Virus record (IMG/VR): IMGVR_UViG_2974626280_000001
Coordinates: 1 to 64,000 of that record
Length of the DNA: 64,000 nt
Reading direction: 5' to 3' (one strand)
From: a virus
Taxonomy: Duplodnaviria > Caudoviricetes
Positions 33,479-43,805 of this stretch are shown piece after piece. The position numbers and the translations under genes were made by a program. The notes beneath the pieces are model-generated. The model made no database searches, was not told the origin of the DNA, and saw only the letters and a program-made list of their open reading frames with translations. Position 1 is the first letter of the stretch. Every line of letters begins with the position of its first letter.

Positions 33479-34740
33479 CAGCAGAATACGTATTCACTAA
33501 CGAAACTGGAATCATATCGGTTGACACATCAACCCTTCTCGACGATGTCAAGAAAGAGTATACTGACGCGCTTGGCGACGGTCTTGACACTGATGCATCA
33601 ACTCCTCAAGGAACTATGATTCAGGGCGAAACTCTGGCGCGAACCTCTGTTATGAAGAATAACGCAGAGCTTGCCAATGTTATTAATCCTTCATATTCTT
33701 ATGGAACGTTCCTTGATGCCATCGCTTCGCTGACTGGTGTGGAGCGCGGCCTGAAACAACCAACCCTCGTCCGTGAACTTGCCTTTGAAGGGAACACTGG
33801 CGTGGTCGTCGATGCAGGGTCACGTATTCGGAGCGCCAACGGCGACGTCTTTACAGTGTTGAGTCCTGTAACCCTTGAGTCCAACACAATTGTTCGCGGC
33901 CTTGCCACCTCTGTAGCTATGGGGAACATCCCTCTTTCCGCAGGCGAGTTGACCATTGTTGATGGAAAAATTGGTTGGGGCGCAGTGCGCGCTGATGATT
34001 TGACAACCGTAGTTCCCGGACAGCTTGAGCTCAGCGACTCTGCACTTAAGGTTGCGCGTAAACGCCGCCTGTATCAGCAAGGCTCTGCAAGCCTGCAAGC
34101 TATTGCTGCTCGTGTGATGGCGATTGACGGTACTCGTTCAGTAAAAGCGATTGAGAACGACTCTGGCGCGATTGGACAGGTCCACGGAATAGACTTCCAG
34201 ACCCCTAATGGCGTTTGGGTTTGCGTTGATAGTACGGCATCTGATCAAGTTATCGCAGAAGCGCTATTCAGAGCCAAGCAGGGCGGCCAGCCTTTTGACT
34301 TTGCAAGCAAAGGCGGAATAACCCAAGGCAGACCGGTTATGGGGCCGAACGGCGTGCCAGTTGTAGACCCTGTAAGTAAGGTAACTTATTACGTAAAATT
34401 CATGCGCCCTGTTATGATGGATTTATATGTTCAAATTACTGTTGCGCGCGGTACTTCTATTGCCAATGCCGACGACATAAAACGCGCCTTGATTTATTAC
34501 TCAGAAGGACTTATTCAGGGCGAAGAAGGTTTTGTGGTAGGGGCTTCCGCTTCGGCATTCGAGCTTTCTGGTGCAGTCTCTAACCAGTACCCCGGCCTTT
34601 ATGTCAAAGACGTTAAGGTAGCGGCGGTAGCAGCAGGCTCAGCCGCGCCAACCGCTGGCTTCAGTACCGAAGTTGTTGCGCTTGCTTGGCAGAGATTCCA
34701 AATAAATGTAGGCTTTGTTCAGGTTACGGTGGTGCCATAA
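33475..34740 (+). CDS. Baseplate J-like wedge protein
   Basis: 421 aa; GTFLDAIASLTGVER and ELSDSALKVAR motifs. Confidence 0.82.
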   Translation: MTAEYVFTNETGIISVDTSTLLDDVKKEYTDALGDGLDTDASTPQGTMIQGETLARTSVMKNNAELANVINPSYSYGTFLDAIASLTGVERGLKQPTLVRELAFEGNTGVVVDAGSRIRSANGDVFTVLSPVTLESNTIVRGLATSVAMGNIPLSAGELTIVDGKIGWGAVRADDLTTVVPGQLELSDSALKVARKRRLYQQGSASLQAIAARVMAIDGTRSVKAIENDSGAIGQVHGIDFQTPNGVWVCVDSTASDQVIAEALFRAKQGGQPFDFASKGGITQGRPVMGPNGVPVVDPVSKVTYYVKFMRPVMMDLYVQITVARGTSIANADDIKRALIYYSEGLIQGEEGFVVGASASAFELSGAVSNQYPGLYVKDVKVAAVAAGSAAPTAGFSTEVVALAWQRFQINVGFVQVTVVP

Positions 34741-36464
34741 TGGAAAAGTTTAATACTGATTTAACTCAGGTAATTAAATGGCTGCAGAATAAGGCTCCTA
34801 GCATTCAATCAATCATTAACTCAAAAAGTGAGTGGTATGAAAGGTATAACACTGTTTTTTGGGAGCAATGGGAGAAGGATGTTTTCAATCTGGACACCGC
34901 TAATGAATTCGGAATTTATGTTTGGTGCGAAATATTAGGCGTTCCGAAAGACAATTTTGTTTTTGATCCAATGGATAATGCTTGGGCTTTCGGTAAAGAG
35001 CGGAAAAACTTTGTTTACTCCGGCATGAACACCACGATACCTGCCGCGAACCGTGAACTTGTCGGCGGCAACTTTTTTGGCGCAGGCAACCAGGTTGTAA
35101 GAAGTTTGGAAGAGGCAAGAATTATTCTCAAGCTGCGCTACGTCACATTAATATCCGATGGAAAGATTGCTAGCATAAACCAGGCAATTCAATTTGCAAT
35201 CAACAAAGGTCAACCATGGGATTTTCAAAATTTAAAATTCCTTTATGCTGTTGACTCAGCAAGCACGCCTTTGAATAATACAGGATTCAAGTTCCCTGAT
35301 ATATACGTGCAGGATGTTCTTGGAGTAGATAAACTTGAGCTTGGTACACGCAGAAACTGGATTGGATATTCTTCTGACCTTAGAATGATTCAAGAATTAG
35401 CTGGCGCACGCTGGAATTCTTCTTTGCCTTATAAGACTTCTCAGAGTATTGAAAGCCCTCATATTAAAGTGATCCAGAATTACAGTGCTATTAAGATAAC
35501 TGCGCTTGACTTCGACAATACCGGGTTTGACTTTGGGCCAAGGGTGTCAACTGATGTGCAAACTAGCTATCTTGGCAGCTCACCTTCTGATGTGATAATA
35601 TTATCAACCTACGTCAAGTTGAATGGCTCTGGTGACATGGATATGGTCACTCTTTCAGGAATGGATTATAAAGCGCCAAATATGAATGACGATACGGTCA
35701 GAAACTGGTTTGTTAATCAGACTGCCACTTTCGACTTCAGCTCAAGGGGTAATCCGAAGATTACTGTCAGCGGCGTTACTTTAGCCGATGGCCGATGCCC
35801 TTCTGACATAAAGTGCGCAGGGTTCCAAATGCTTTCAAACGGATGGTGCCGCATCTGGAATACTTGCATACGCAGCAGCGCGGCACAAGTGGTCGGCACT
35901 GTCCCAAGAGTAGGAAAAGCAAGATTCACATTCTATTCTAAAAACGGCGACAACAAAGGCAAGACAGTAAGCATTTTTGGCCCTATGGCAGAGAAACTCA
36001 CCTATTCTGCTACTGTTCGAAAATACCCAGGAAGGGTTATATATGGAAACAATAATTTCAGCTCATCATCTTCAACGAGTTTCGGAGATTATGCGCAGTT
36101 TTACAATGCTGATTCGACTGTAAGAGTAACATTTGGCAATTACGTTTTCAGCGTAAACGGAACGACTTACAACGTTTCTTCTTTGGTAAACAACGCCAAA
36201 GCGTTTTACGGCGGCGAATGGAACAATTACGCCCTAACTGGTTTAACTCAATTCGCAACTGGCGACGGCTATGCTAACGTGTTTAATATTACACAGCCGC
36301 CAGGATATCCTGGTCCATATGGCGCTTACCAATCAATGGGTATGGCTTACCGACTGGGCAGCGGCTTAGGCTTTAGTCAGCAGATGATTAATATTTTAAG
36401 TAACAGAGAATTGGGCATACTCCCAGCAAATGCTGGCGTGCCTTATACTTTAATAGTTATGTAA
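34740..36464 (+). CDS. Baseplate wedge protein (DUF2612-type) with a large inserted beta domain
   Basis: FNLDTANEFGIYVWCEILG N-terminal and ILPANAGV C-terminal motifs flank an insert of roughly 300 aa. Confidence 0.75.
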   Translation: MEKFNTDLTQVIKWLQNKAPSIQSIINSKSEWYERYNTVFWEQWEKDVFNLDTANEFGIYVWCEILGVPKDNFVFDPMDNAWAFGKERKNFVYSGMNTTIPAANRELVGGNFFGAGNQVVRSLEEARIILKLRYVTLISDGKIASINQAIQFAINKGQPWDFQNLKFLYAVDSASTPLNNTGFKFPDIYVQDVLGVDKLELGTRRNWIGYSSDLRMIQELAGARWNSSLPYKTSQSIESPHIKVIQNYSAIKITALDFDNTGFDFGPRVSTDVQTSYLGSSPSDVIILSTYVKLNGSGDMDMVTLSGMDYKAPNMNDDTVRNWFVNQTATFDFSSRGNPKITVSGVTLADGRCPSDIKCAGFQMLSNGWCRIWNTCIRSSAAQVVGTVPRVGKARFTFYSKNGDNKGKTVSIFGPMAEKLTYSATVRKYPGRVIYGNNNFSSSSSTSFGDYAQFYNADSTVRVTFGNYVFSVNGTTYNVSSLVNNAKAFYGGEWNNYALTGLTQFATGDGYANVFNITQPPGYPGPYGAYQSMGMAYRLGSGLGFSQQMINILSNRELGILPANAGVPYTLIVM

Positions 36465-36480
36465 AACTCAGAGGTGTGTA

Positions 36481-38367
36481 ATGCCTAAATTATTCACAAG
36501 ACCTTTCGCTGAAACAGGTGACAAGTCTCTACCGCCTGATAACGATAATAGCGGATTCGTCAGCTTTACGCAAGGTTATACGCCGGATTATGAGCGAAGC
36601 CTTGCAAAGGGCGACCCGCTTGCAAAGGCCGTAGAGCGACCAATTCAGAACGGTCTTTTCAACCAAATCACTGATCACCTGCTTTGGTATCAAACTCACG
36701 GTTTTATGCAGTGGGATGCGACACGCGCGGCGAACGCGGGTTATTCGTTTAATGACATTGTTGTAGACACCGTTCAAACGGTTGAGCCGTTTACTTGGCG
36801 AGTATTCCGCGCGGCCAAGGACAATGTAATGTCTAAACCGACATCGGCGTCAGCTTCGTCTGCAAGTCCTGATTGGGAAGAGATTCCGCTTCCAAGCGTG
36901 GTGCGCTCTCTGATACCTTTCCAGTCTGGCAAGGACTTTGCGAACCTGCGCAATGCCGCCACTTCGTTCATCACTGGTGGAACGATTGAGAGCCTGTCTA
37001 AAGGCTTTTATATCTGCCCTAACGTGACATCCGTAACCACGATAACCGACCTTCCGCCGAAGATTGGTGAATCCACCATTATCAAGCCTTTCACCGTTGA
37101 AGTTGCTGAGTGGGAAACGACGGAAGGCACCACGCCAACGGTGTATCGCATTGAGCGCATGGTCACGGTTGACGGCTTCGTATTCGTTCGCAGCAAAGTC
37201 AATGGTAATAAAGGTAACTGGGTTCCACAGGTTACGCCGCAGATGCAAGCGCGTGGGTATCTGAATATGGCCGATGCTACCGTATCGGGCAACGGCGCTG
37301 CTCTGGTTCCTAAAGTTCCATTTGTTGCGACTGTCGGCAGTCACCTTAATTTTGTGGCTCCGGGCGCATCCAGCGGCGCTGCTGATTACCAGGTCAATAT
37401 AGGCGGCAACAACTACAACGTCGTTGGCCGGAACATGGCTCGTTTGGCTAATAACGCCATCCAGGCTGATACCTGGGTTGAGATGGTATTGATCAATCCA
37501 ACAACGTTCATGCTGTTGAGCGCAAACAGCGGTCAATTTCAGGTTCCGACTGCCGTTGCAGACGACGCCGCGCCAACCTGGAAGCAGGTGAAAGACCTTT
37601 TTGCCACCGCTCTTAACTTTGACAAGATTTTCCCTGTTGGATTCGCTTTCGGATTCATGAACGGAACCGACCCGAATACTGCCTATCCGGGAACGAAGTG
37701 GAGAAAGCTGCCGCAAGGCACAAGCTGGCGTAACGCAGCAGCGGGTCAAAATCCAGGCGACTTGATTGGTAGCGATACATTCAAGCTTGCTCTGGCTAAC
37801 ATTCCAGCTCATGATCACAAGTTCTCGACAACGACCGGGCAGTCTGGTGCGGCAACGCTGACGACTTCTCCTTACGATTACGGCTCGAAGCCTACCAACT
37901 CGACTGGCAATCATTCTCACCGTTTCAGCGGTTCAACGAGTTCAAACGGCCAGCACAGCCACGGCGCTTCAACCAATACGACTGGCTCACACGCCCATGC
38001 TTATGCAGGCGATGATGAGTTGCCGCCAGTATGGGGGTATCAGGCCAGAGAGACTGACCGATACGATGCTGACTCTGACAAGAACCGCTGGAGTAACCGT
38101 TATTGGACCTCAACGTCTGGCGCTCACTCGCACACCGTTACCATCGTCGCTAACGGCGCTCACCAGCACACTTTCAGTGGAACAACCAGCTCAGACGGTG
38201 AACACGCTCACAGTGTGGAAATAGGCTCTCACGGTCACAGCGTTCAAACGCCTAACCACACTCACTCAGTTAACGGCACTACTGATAAAACTGGTAATGC
38301 CGATGCAACTCCGATTGATACGGTTCCTAAAAGTATCATTCTGATTGGCTGGTATCGTTACGAATAA
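36481..38367 (+). CDS. Tail fibre with His-x-His needle
   Basis: 628 aa; PFAETGD baseplate-attachment N-terminus, FPVG...P...YPGTKW collar, nine HxH repeats. Confidence 0.88.
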   Translation: MPKLFTRPFAETGDKSLPPDNDNSGFVSFTQGYTPDYERSLAKGDPLAKAVERPIQNGLFNQITDHLLWYQTHGFMQWDATRAANAGYSFNDIVVDTVQTVEPFTWRVFRAAKDNVMSKPTSASASSASPDWEEIPLPSVVRSLIPFQSGKDFANLRNAATSFITGGTIESLSKGFYICPNVTSVTTITDLPPKIGESTIIKPFTVEVAEWETTEGTTPTVYRIERMVTVDGFVFVRSKVNGNKGNWVPQVTPQMQARGYLNMADATVSGNGAALVPKVPFVATVGSHLNFVAPGASSGAADYQVNIGGNNYNVVGRNMARLANNAIQADTWVEMVLINPTTFMLLSANSGQFQVPTAVADDAAPTWKQVKDLFATALNFDKIFPVGFAFGFMNGTDPNTAYPGTKWRKLPQGTSWRNAAAGQNPGDLIGSDTFKLALANIPAHDHKFSTTTGQSGAATLTTSPYDYGSKPTNSTGNHSHRFSGSTSSNGQHSHGASTNTTGSHAHAYAGDDELPPVWGYQARETDRYDADSDKNRWSNRYWTSTSGAHSHTVTIVANGAHQHTFSGTTSSDGEHAHSVEIGSHGHSVQTPNHTHSVNGTTDKTGNADATPIDTVPKSIILIGWYRYE

Positions 38368-38373
38368 GGGTAT

Positions 38374-39030
38374 ATGATGATTACTGAAAAAGCAATAGCA
38401 ATTGGGACTGGTTGTTCAGCAGAAGACGCTAAAAAGTGGCTTAATCCCGTCATCGCAGCATGTGCGCATTACGGTATTACCAGCAACCGCGCCATTGCTG
38501 CTTTCCTCGCCAACATCGGCGTTGAAACTGGCGGCCTGACTAAGCTGGTCGAGAACCTGAATTATTCGGCCCAGGGGCTGGCTAATACATGGCCTAACCG
38601 CTACCGGGAAACCCTCAAGGACGGAACCAAGCGCCCTAACGCGTTGGCTGAGAAGCTGGCTCGCAACCCAGAAGCGATTGCCAATAACGTTTACGCCAAC
38701 CGTATGGGCAACGGCGACGAAGCGAGCGGTGACGGCTGGAAATATCGCGGCCATGGGCCAATGCAGCTAACCGGAAAAGACAATTATCTGGCTTATGAAA
38801 AGGCGTCAGGCTATATGGTGATGAACCAGCCTGAGATTCTGGCCATTGATCCTCTTCTGGCTATCGATAGCGCTGCTTGGTTTTTCGCAGAGCGCGGCAA
38901 GTGTATTCCGGCCGCAAATGCTGGCAACTTCGATGAGGTTGTGCGCCGTATAAACGGAAGCCTGCCGAACGATGCCAATAAGGGTCCGTTGCGCCGCAAG
39001 CGTTACCAGGATTGTTTAGCGCAGTTGTAA
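38374..39030 (+). CDS. Endolysin, glycoside hydrolase family 19
   Basis: AAFLANIGVETGG, ENLNYS and GDGWKYRGHGPMQLTGKDNY motifs. Confidence 0.9.
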   Translation: MMITEKAIAIGTGCSAEDAKKWLNPVIAACAHYGITSNRAIAAFLANIGVETGGLTKLVENLNYSAQGLANTWPNRYRETLKDGTKRPNALAEKLARNPEAIANNVYANRMGNGDEASGDGWKYRGHGPMQLTGKDNYLAYEKASGYMVMNQPEILAIDPLLAIDSAAWFFAERGKCIPAANAGNFDEVVRRINGSLPNDANKGPLRRKRYQDCLAQL

Positions 39031-39064
39031 AAGAAAAGGCCCGGATATCCGGGCCTGTTTTTAT
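39031..39064. terminator. Bidirectional terminator
   Basis: Perfect palindrome AGGCCCGGATATCCGGGCCT flanked by A and T runs. Confidence 0.85.
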
Positions 39065-39291
39065 TTGATGACTTGCTGTTGAGGTGGAGTCATTAACTGG
39101 TCTGTATCAACAGGGGCAACGTCGAAGTAATATCCGAACGCTCCAACAGCACCAATAAGTAACGTCCTGAGTAACCTGTCCTTGATAGTCTCTCCAAGAA
39201 GTCTCACCAGAAGAGCCAAGATTGCGCCATAAAGTTCCTTTTTAAGCCTTGCATCTTCCGGGTGTTCACGTTTCCTGCGTCGCACCGCCAT
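39061..39291 (-). CDS. Small membrane protein
   Basis: 76 aa; basic N-terminus and two hydrophobic segments. Confidence 0.65.
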   Translation of the reverse strand: MAVRRRKREHPEDARLKKELYGAILALLVRLLGETIKDRLLRTLLIGAVGAFGYYFDVAPVDTDQLMTPPQQQVIK

Positions 39292-39306
39292 GCTAACCGC
39301 CTAATA

Positions 39307-39858
39307 TCATTTCGCCTCCACCAGCGGCATTTTGCCATCCTTCATTCGACTTGGCATGGGATAATACATCATTTCGTATTGACCAGAATCATCGGTTTTA
39401 TAGAACATGATTACGTCTTTACTGGCTAACAGCAAGTGGACGATATCTTGTCTGTCTTCAGGGTTTACGATAAACACGGACTTGTCCCCGTTATCCCCTG
39501 GCGCGGCACTATATGTGCGGTCGATGATTCCCTGATCAAATGTATTATACCGTATCAGTACAGTTAAGTCTTTAGAATCTTTAATCTGTTTGTCGGTATC
39601 GAAATAAACGAAGTCTTTTCCACCGTTTTTCCTGATGCAAAATAGTTCGTCCTTGAACCGTTTGGCGGTAACGTTATACGCCTGAAAGCAATACATGAAG
39701 CTATTGCCTGAGTCGAAATATTTATAAAGTACAGCAGTTTCATCGTTTGGTGGATTGAACATAGCAGGCTGGTCATCCTGCGCGACGGCGACCGTGGCGG
39801 CGGTCGTAACTAACAGAGCGGTCAATGCCGCTGCTTTCATAATATCAATCGGACGCAT
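39307..39858 (-). CDS. Hypothetical exported protein
   Basis: 183 aa; signal peptide MKAAALTALLVTTAATVAVA. Confidence 0.75.
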   Translation of the reverse strand: MRPIDIMKAAALTALLVTTAATVAVAQDDQPAMFNPPNDETAVLYKYFDSGNSFMYCFQAYNVTAKRFKDELFCIRKNGGKDFVYFDTDKQIKDSKDLTVLIRYNTFDQGIIDRTYSAAPGDNGDKSVFIVNPEDRQDIVHLLLASKDVIMFYKTDDSGQYEMMYYPMPSRMKDGKMPLVEAK

Positions 39859-40022
39859 GGAAATTCACCTTTTTGCTAGTCAATAATATTATTATACGCT
39901 ATTTTGAGTGGGTGAAAAGTAAAGAAACGAAAACCCGGATTAGTCCTAGATAGCGTACACATATATTTGGATAATAGAAAAGGCGTGAAGGAGATTACCC
40001 GCACGCCTTGCCGAATTAGTGT

Positions 40023-40973
40023 TTAGTAATCGGTGGTGTCTTCCGGGAACCGGAGCGACTTATAAAGGGCGCTGCGCGGCACGTCGACGACGCCAAAATC
40101 AAAGAACTTGTACGTGACGAGCTTGCCGGGATAAGTGTCTTTCAACTCCCAAACGTGTTTACGCTCTGCCATCGTCATAGTTCCCAGGCTCACCCGGAAA
40201 GGAATTTGCTTTCCGTCTTCATCGACATACTTAGGGTTGGTCACGACGAACGCGCCAGCGTAACCCTTGCCAACTAACCCTTCAGAAGAGGTTGAGCGCT
40301 TGGTGTTTCCAAACTCATCTTCAAACGCTTCGTTGGTGTTTTCCATCATTTCGATTACTTCATGGATAACACCTTCTTCATCGGTCCAAGGCTTATCCTT
40401 CCAGCAACTTTTATCTTTTGGGGTGCCGCGACCGTGCTTATACGGCTTAAGCCAGTCTTTTCCGTATAAGCCTTCATATCCGAGCGCGGCGGCTTCCTGC
40501 TGCATCGCTTCATAATCTGCCATTGAGTTGATTTCTCGGTACTCTACGGCACGCAGGAATGGACGATAACCGGCCTTTTCCAGCGCTTCATTGATCACGG
40601 CGACACGACTTTGATACTGTGCATAGCGCTCACTGAAAGGGCGGCCTCCAATGGAGAAATCATCGAAAACCCAAAAAGTGAAATCTGTTACTGCATCGGT
40701 ATTCATCGCCGCCGTAGTCGCGGCCTGCATCACGTTTTTATCGTTCGGGTTGCCGTCGATGATTTCGCCGTCCAGCCCGGTCATCAGGTGAGCCACATGT
40801 CCATAGGCAACTTGAATCTGTTTGTTGCGCAGCGCCTTGCCGCTGGTACTGTTGAATCGGTCATCGTAGCAGAGACCACGGATGCCGTCGATTTTGAATG
40901 ACAGGGCGCAAGGAAGTGGAACGCTGTCCATCTCTTCGCGTTTACAGCCTTTGAATGGTTTGATAGCGGTCAT
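40023..40973 (-). CDS. ATP-dependent DNA ligase
   Basis: KIDG, DGEI, FWVFD and EGLYGK motifs. Start MTAIKP at 40973; the ORF-track extension overlaps the upstream gene. Confidence 0.88.
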   Translation of the reverse strand: MTAIKPFKGCKREEMDSVPLPCALSFKIDGIRGLCYDDRFNSTSGKALRNKQIQVAYGHVAHLMTGLDGEIIDGNPNDKNVMQAATTAAMNTDAVTDFTFWVFDDFSIGGRPFSERYAQYQSRVAVINEALEKAGYRPFLRAVEYREINSMADYEAMQQEAAALGYEGLYGKDWLKPYKHGRGTPKDKSCWKDKPWTDEEGVIHEVIEMMENTNEAFEDEFGNTKRSTSSEGLVGKGYAGAFVVTNPKYVDEDGKQIPFRVSLGTMTMAERKHVWELKDTYPGKLVTYKFFDFGVVDVPRSALYKSLRFPEDTTDY

Positions 40974-41028
40974 AATATGTTTCTCTGAGGTTATTAGAAT
41001 AAACCCGGCCTTTCGACCGGGTAATTGA

Positions 41029-41652
41029 TCAGGCGTGGTCGTGCAGACCGTGCGCGGCGGTTGAGCTATTAAGGCCCAGCTCTTCAACAATCCGCTCATA
41101 GTTCGCGTCATCGGACTTGACAAAGATGCCGTTATACATGACGCCTTTGCGGTCTTTGATTTCCAAATAAGCATGCTCGACGCAATCTTCAACGCGCAGG
41201 CCGTACTCATTACAAATCAGCTGTAGACCGTAAATCATAAGCCCGATAGCAGCGTAAGCATCATCAGGGTTATTCTTCTTAATCGCGTCAGCCAACCGAC
41301 CCTGGCCCATGCCCGCAATCAATAACCCGTGGTGCGGCACCTGAGTGAAAACCGCGAAGCTTTGCGAGCCGTAGATGGTCTTAATATCCAGCCCCATTTG
41401 CGCTGAAACATTGACCAGGACCACAAAGGAGTCGCCGATGGCGTCTTTAAGAGACGTCACAATCAGCTTTTTACGCTGATGAGTGTCGCTGCCGTGATAC
41501 GTCCAGATTTCGTAAATGGCGGTTGAAATCTCGTTAGAGAACTCACTCACCAGCTTGACGAATTGGTCTGCGGCCTTGCCGCCGCCGATAATGTTGCGGG
41601 CTTTAGACCATTCCAGAATCAGATTGAACAGCACGAAAATTTGTGGAGTCAT
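41029..41652 (-). CDS. MazG-like NTP pyrophosphohydrolase
   Basis: WSKARNI...QFVKLVSE...KDAIGD...AYLEIKDRKG pattern. Confidence 0.75.
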   Translation of the reverse strand: MTPQIFVLFNLILEWSKARNIIGGGKAADQFVKLVSEFSNEISTAIYEIWTYHGSDTHQRKKLIVTSLKDAIGDSFVVLVNVSAQMGLDIKTIYGSQSFAVFTQVPHHGLLIAGMGQGRLADAIKKNNPDDAYAAIGLMIYGLQLICNEYGLRVEDCVEHAYLEIKDRKGVMYNGIFVKSDDANYERIVEELGLNSSTAAHGLHDHA

Positions 41653-42254
41653 TTATTGTTACCTTTATCGGTTTTTTCGATTACCATGTCAGGCGACGTG
41701 GCGAATTTAGTGATAGCTTCAGCAGTACGGTTAGAGTCCTTAGTGGCACCAAACCAGAACGCTAACACCTGTTTCACTTCACCAAACCACAGGCCAATCA
41801 GAGTACCTACCGTGATTGACGCAGTTGGGTCCGTTAACAGGTCTTTAGCATAACCGCTAAAAACTAATAAGACAATACCTATTCCACCTAAAAGCATTAA
41901 AACGGTCACTGCTGGACGAATAAAATCACGCTGCTGTTGCGCGGCCAATAAACGAGCACTTGCACGGTCGCTTGCTTCGGCCTTGTACGTCTCCAGGTCG
42001 GATTGGAGGCGGTTTTGTTCAGCCTGCACGGCAAGCTTTTGCAGCTCCACTTTGGAATTCTCTTGCAACTCCTTTAGGCGCAGGAGAGCTTCAGGATTGT
42101 TACGTAGGGCCGAATCTACACTGTCAGGCGTGTTCTCAACGCCTAACGTTGCAGAGACTACCGAACCTATGGCAGCGCCCGCTGGCCCACCTAAAAGGCC
42201 ACCGAGGATTGGAGCCGCGCCACCTATTGCCTTGCCTATGTCCGACCAATTCAT
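41649..42254 (-). CDS. Putative holin
   Basis: Gly-rich N-terminal TM, coiled coil, two C-terminal TMs, FWFG motif. Confidence 0.55.
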   Translation of the reverse strand: MNWSDIGKAIGGAAPILGGLLGGPAGAAIGSVVSATLGVENTPDSVDSALRNNPEALLRLKELQENSKVELQKLAVQAEQNRLQSDLETYKAEASDRASARLLAAQQQRDFIRPAVTVLMLLGGIGIVLLVFSGYAKDLLTDPTASITVGTLIGLWFGEVKQVLAFWFGATKDSNRTAEAITKFATSPDMVIEKTDKGNNK

Positions 42255-42275
42255 AATGTAATCTCCAGAACGATA

Positions 42276-42301
42276 AAAAGGCCGCCAGATTGGCAGCCTT
42301 T
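42276..42301 (-). terminator. Intrinsic terminator
   Basis: AAAAAGGCCGCCA-GAT-TGGCAGCCTTT hairpin. Confidence 0.6.
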
Positions 42302-42318
42302 GAGGGGTGATGCTTTAA

Positions 42319-43176
42319 TTAGAAGCCTTCAGCGTCCTGCGGCGTGTCTTCTACAGGTTGATCAGAAGCGGACCCGGCTTCTTTGCTGCGGTCGACGACT
42401 ACAGTACCGCCAGCGACGGCGTCGTGCAGCTCTTTCGCAGCACTGTAGATGTCAGCGTTATCCACCAGACCTTCCAGCTTGAACGACGGCACCGACCAGT
42501 TACCCTTGTCGTTTGACTGACCCTGAGTAGTCAGACGGACCATGTTCAGGAACGTTGGCGGAGTACGCAGGCCTTTGCTGGTTTGAACCTTTTTCTGCGA
42601 CAGAGCTGTCATCAGAGCGCGTGACGCTTTGGTAGCGGTCGCGGCCAGAGAAAGCAGCGCCTGACCGAATTCGCCCGTTTCAGGGTCAATGGCGATAACA
42701 AAGTGAGAACGGGTGTCGGCGTAGTAATCGGCTTTTTTCGGGTCAACTTTACCGTTTTCATCAACAGCGTAATGCTTGCCATCGATTTCGAGCACAGCGC
42801 CGGAATCAACCAGAGCTTTGAACTCTTCAACAGTAACTTCACCTTTGAAGCCGCCGTCAGCGTCGCGTGAACCCCAGCGAACGAAGCTGCGTTTGTACGC
42901 CGCAGGAACGATAACGATACCAGCTTTGCCGTCATACAGCTGCTGAGTAACGGTGTTGATCAGCATGCCTGACTTAGCGCCAGCAACGTATTTCGGGCTG
43001 TCTTCGTCAACCATCGGAGACATTTTCTGCAGCACAGCGATAAAGGGAAGGGCATATGATTCTTGATCAGCACCTTCAAAACCCTGACCAAAATCGTCCA
43101 TATTGACGAATGAGCCCAGAGCGATTTCATTTTTTGCTACTTCTGCAACTTCGGTGTTTTCTTTCTTAGCGGTCAT
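42319..43176 (-). CDS. Putative single-stranded DNA-binding protein
   Basis: 285 aa; LPFIAVLQKMSP...NDKGNW motifs; acidic tail ending in Phe; replication-module context. Confidence 0.55.
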   Translation of the reverse strand: MTAKKENTEVAEVAKNEIALGSFVNMDDFGQGFEGADQESYALPFIAVLQKMSPMVDEDSPKYVAGAKSGMLINTVTQQLYDGKAGIVIVPAAYKRSFVRWGSRDADGGFKGEVTVEEFKALVDSGAVLEIDGKHYAVDENGKVDPKKADYYADTRSHFVIAIDPETGEFGQALLSLAATATKASRALMTALSQKKVQTSKGLRTPPTFLNMVRLTTQGQSNDKGNWSVPSFKLEGLVDNADIYSAAKELHDAVAGGTVVVDRSKEAGSASDQPVEDTPQDAEGF

Positions 43177-43241
43177 GTTATAGTACCCTTTAACATAGGA
43201 TTATAGGCCAATTCAACTTACTGTTGAGATTAGATAGTAAC

Positions 43242-43805
43242 TTACTTTTTGCGCTTAGGCAATACTATTTTTGCTTCACGGAACTCAAAAACGGTCACTG
43301 AATCTGGCAGTGTTTCGCCTGCTTCAAGACGCTCTTTCACAAACGCCTTCAATGTTGCCGGATGAACACCCTGTTTCAGCGCGGCGGTGATGTCTTCATT
43401 ACGCAGCTGACCAACAACGGCATTCGCCTTGTCGATTTCGTCGCGCTCGAATTCAGCCGTCACTGTCGACTTGATCAGGCCGCCGAAACTGTTGGCTTGG
43501 AGCCAATCGAAAAAGCGGTGCTCTTCAGACTTTTTGACACTTGCCTGAACAGCCTTGCCGATGGTGATTTTGGTCTTGTCTTCCAGCTTAATTTCAGACA
43601 AGCCCATTTCGTCAAGAAGCTCAGGCAGCAGCATGCGGTTGATTGTAGTCAAACGCTCTTTTTTCAGCTCCAGCTCGTCTTCATGGGTTCTGATGGCTTC
43701 GTTGCACTCTTCAACTTCAGCCAGCAAAGCCAAAAGACGCTCTTTTGCTGTCCCAACGGGCTTGGCATTATCCAAGTCGCTTTCCCAGTCAATCGTTTGA
43801 CTCAT
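43242..43805 (-). CDS. Conserved phage replication-module hypothetical protein
   Basis: Start MSQTID after GGAG; LPELLDEMG and VHPATLKAFVKE motifs. Confidence 0.7.
   Translation of the reverse strand: MSQTIDWESDLDNAKPVGTAKERLLALLAEVEECNEAIRTHEDELELKKERLTTINRMLLPELLDEMGLSEIKLEDKTKITIGKAVQASVKKSEEHRFFDWLQANSFGGLIKSTVTAEFERDEIDKANAVVGQLRNEDITAALKQGVHPATLKAFVKERLEAGETLPDSVTVFEFREAKIVLPKRKK

Noticed and set aside
40974-41210. N-terminal extension of the ligase in the ORF track
   Set aside because: It overlaps the MazG-like gene and spans a hairpin; the RBS supports a start at 40973.
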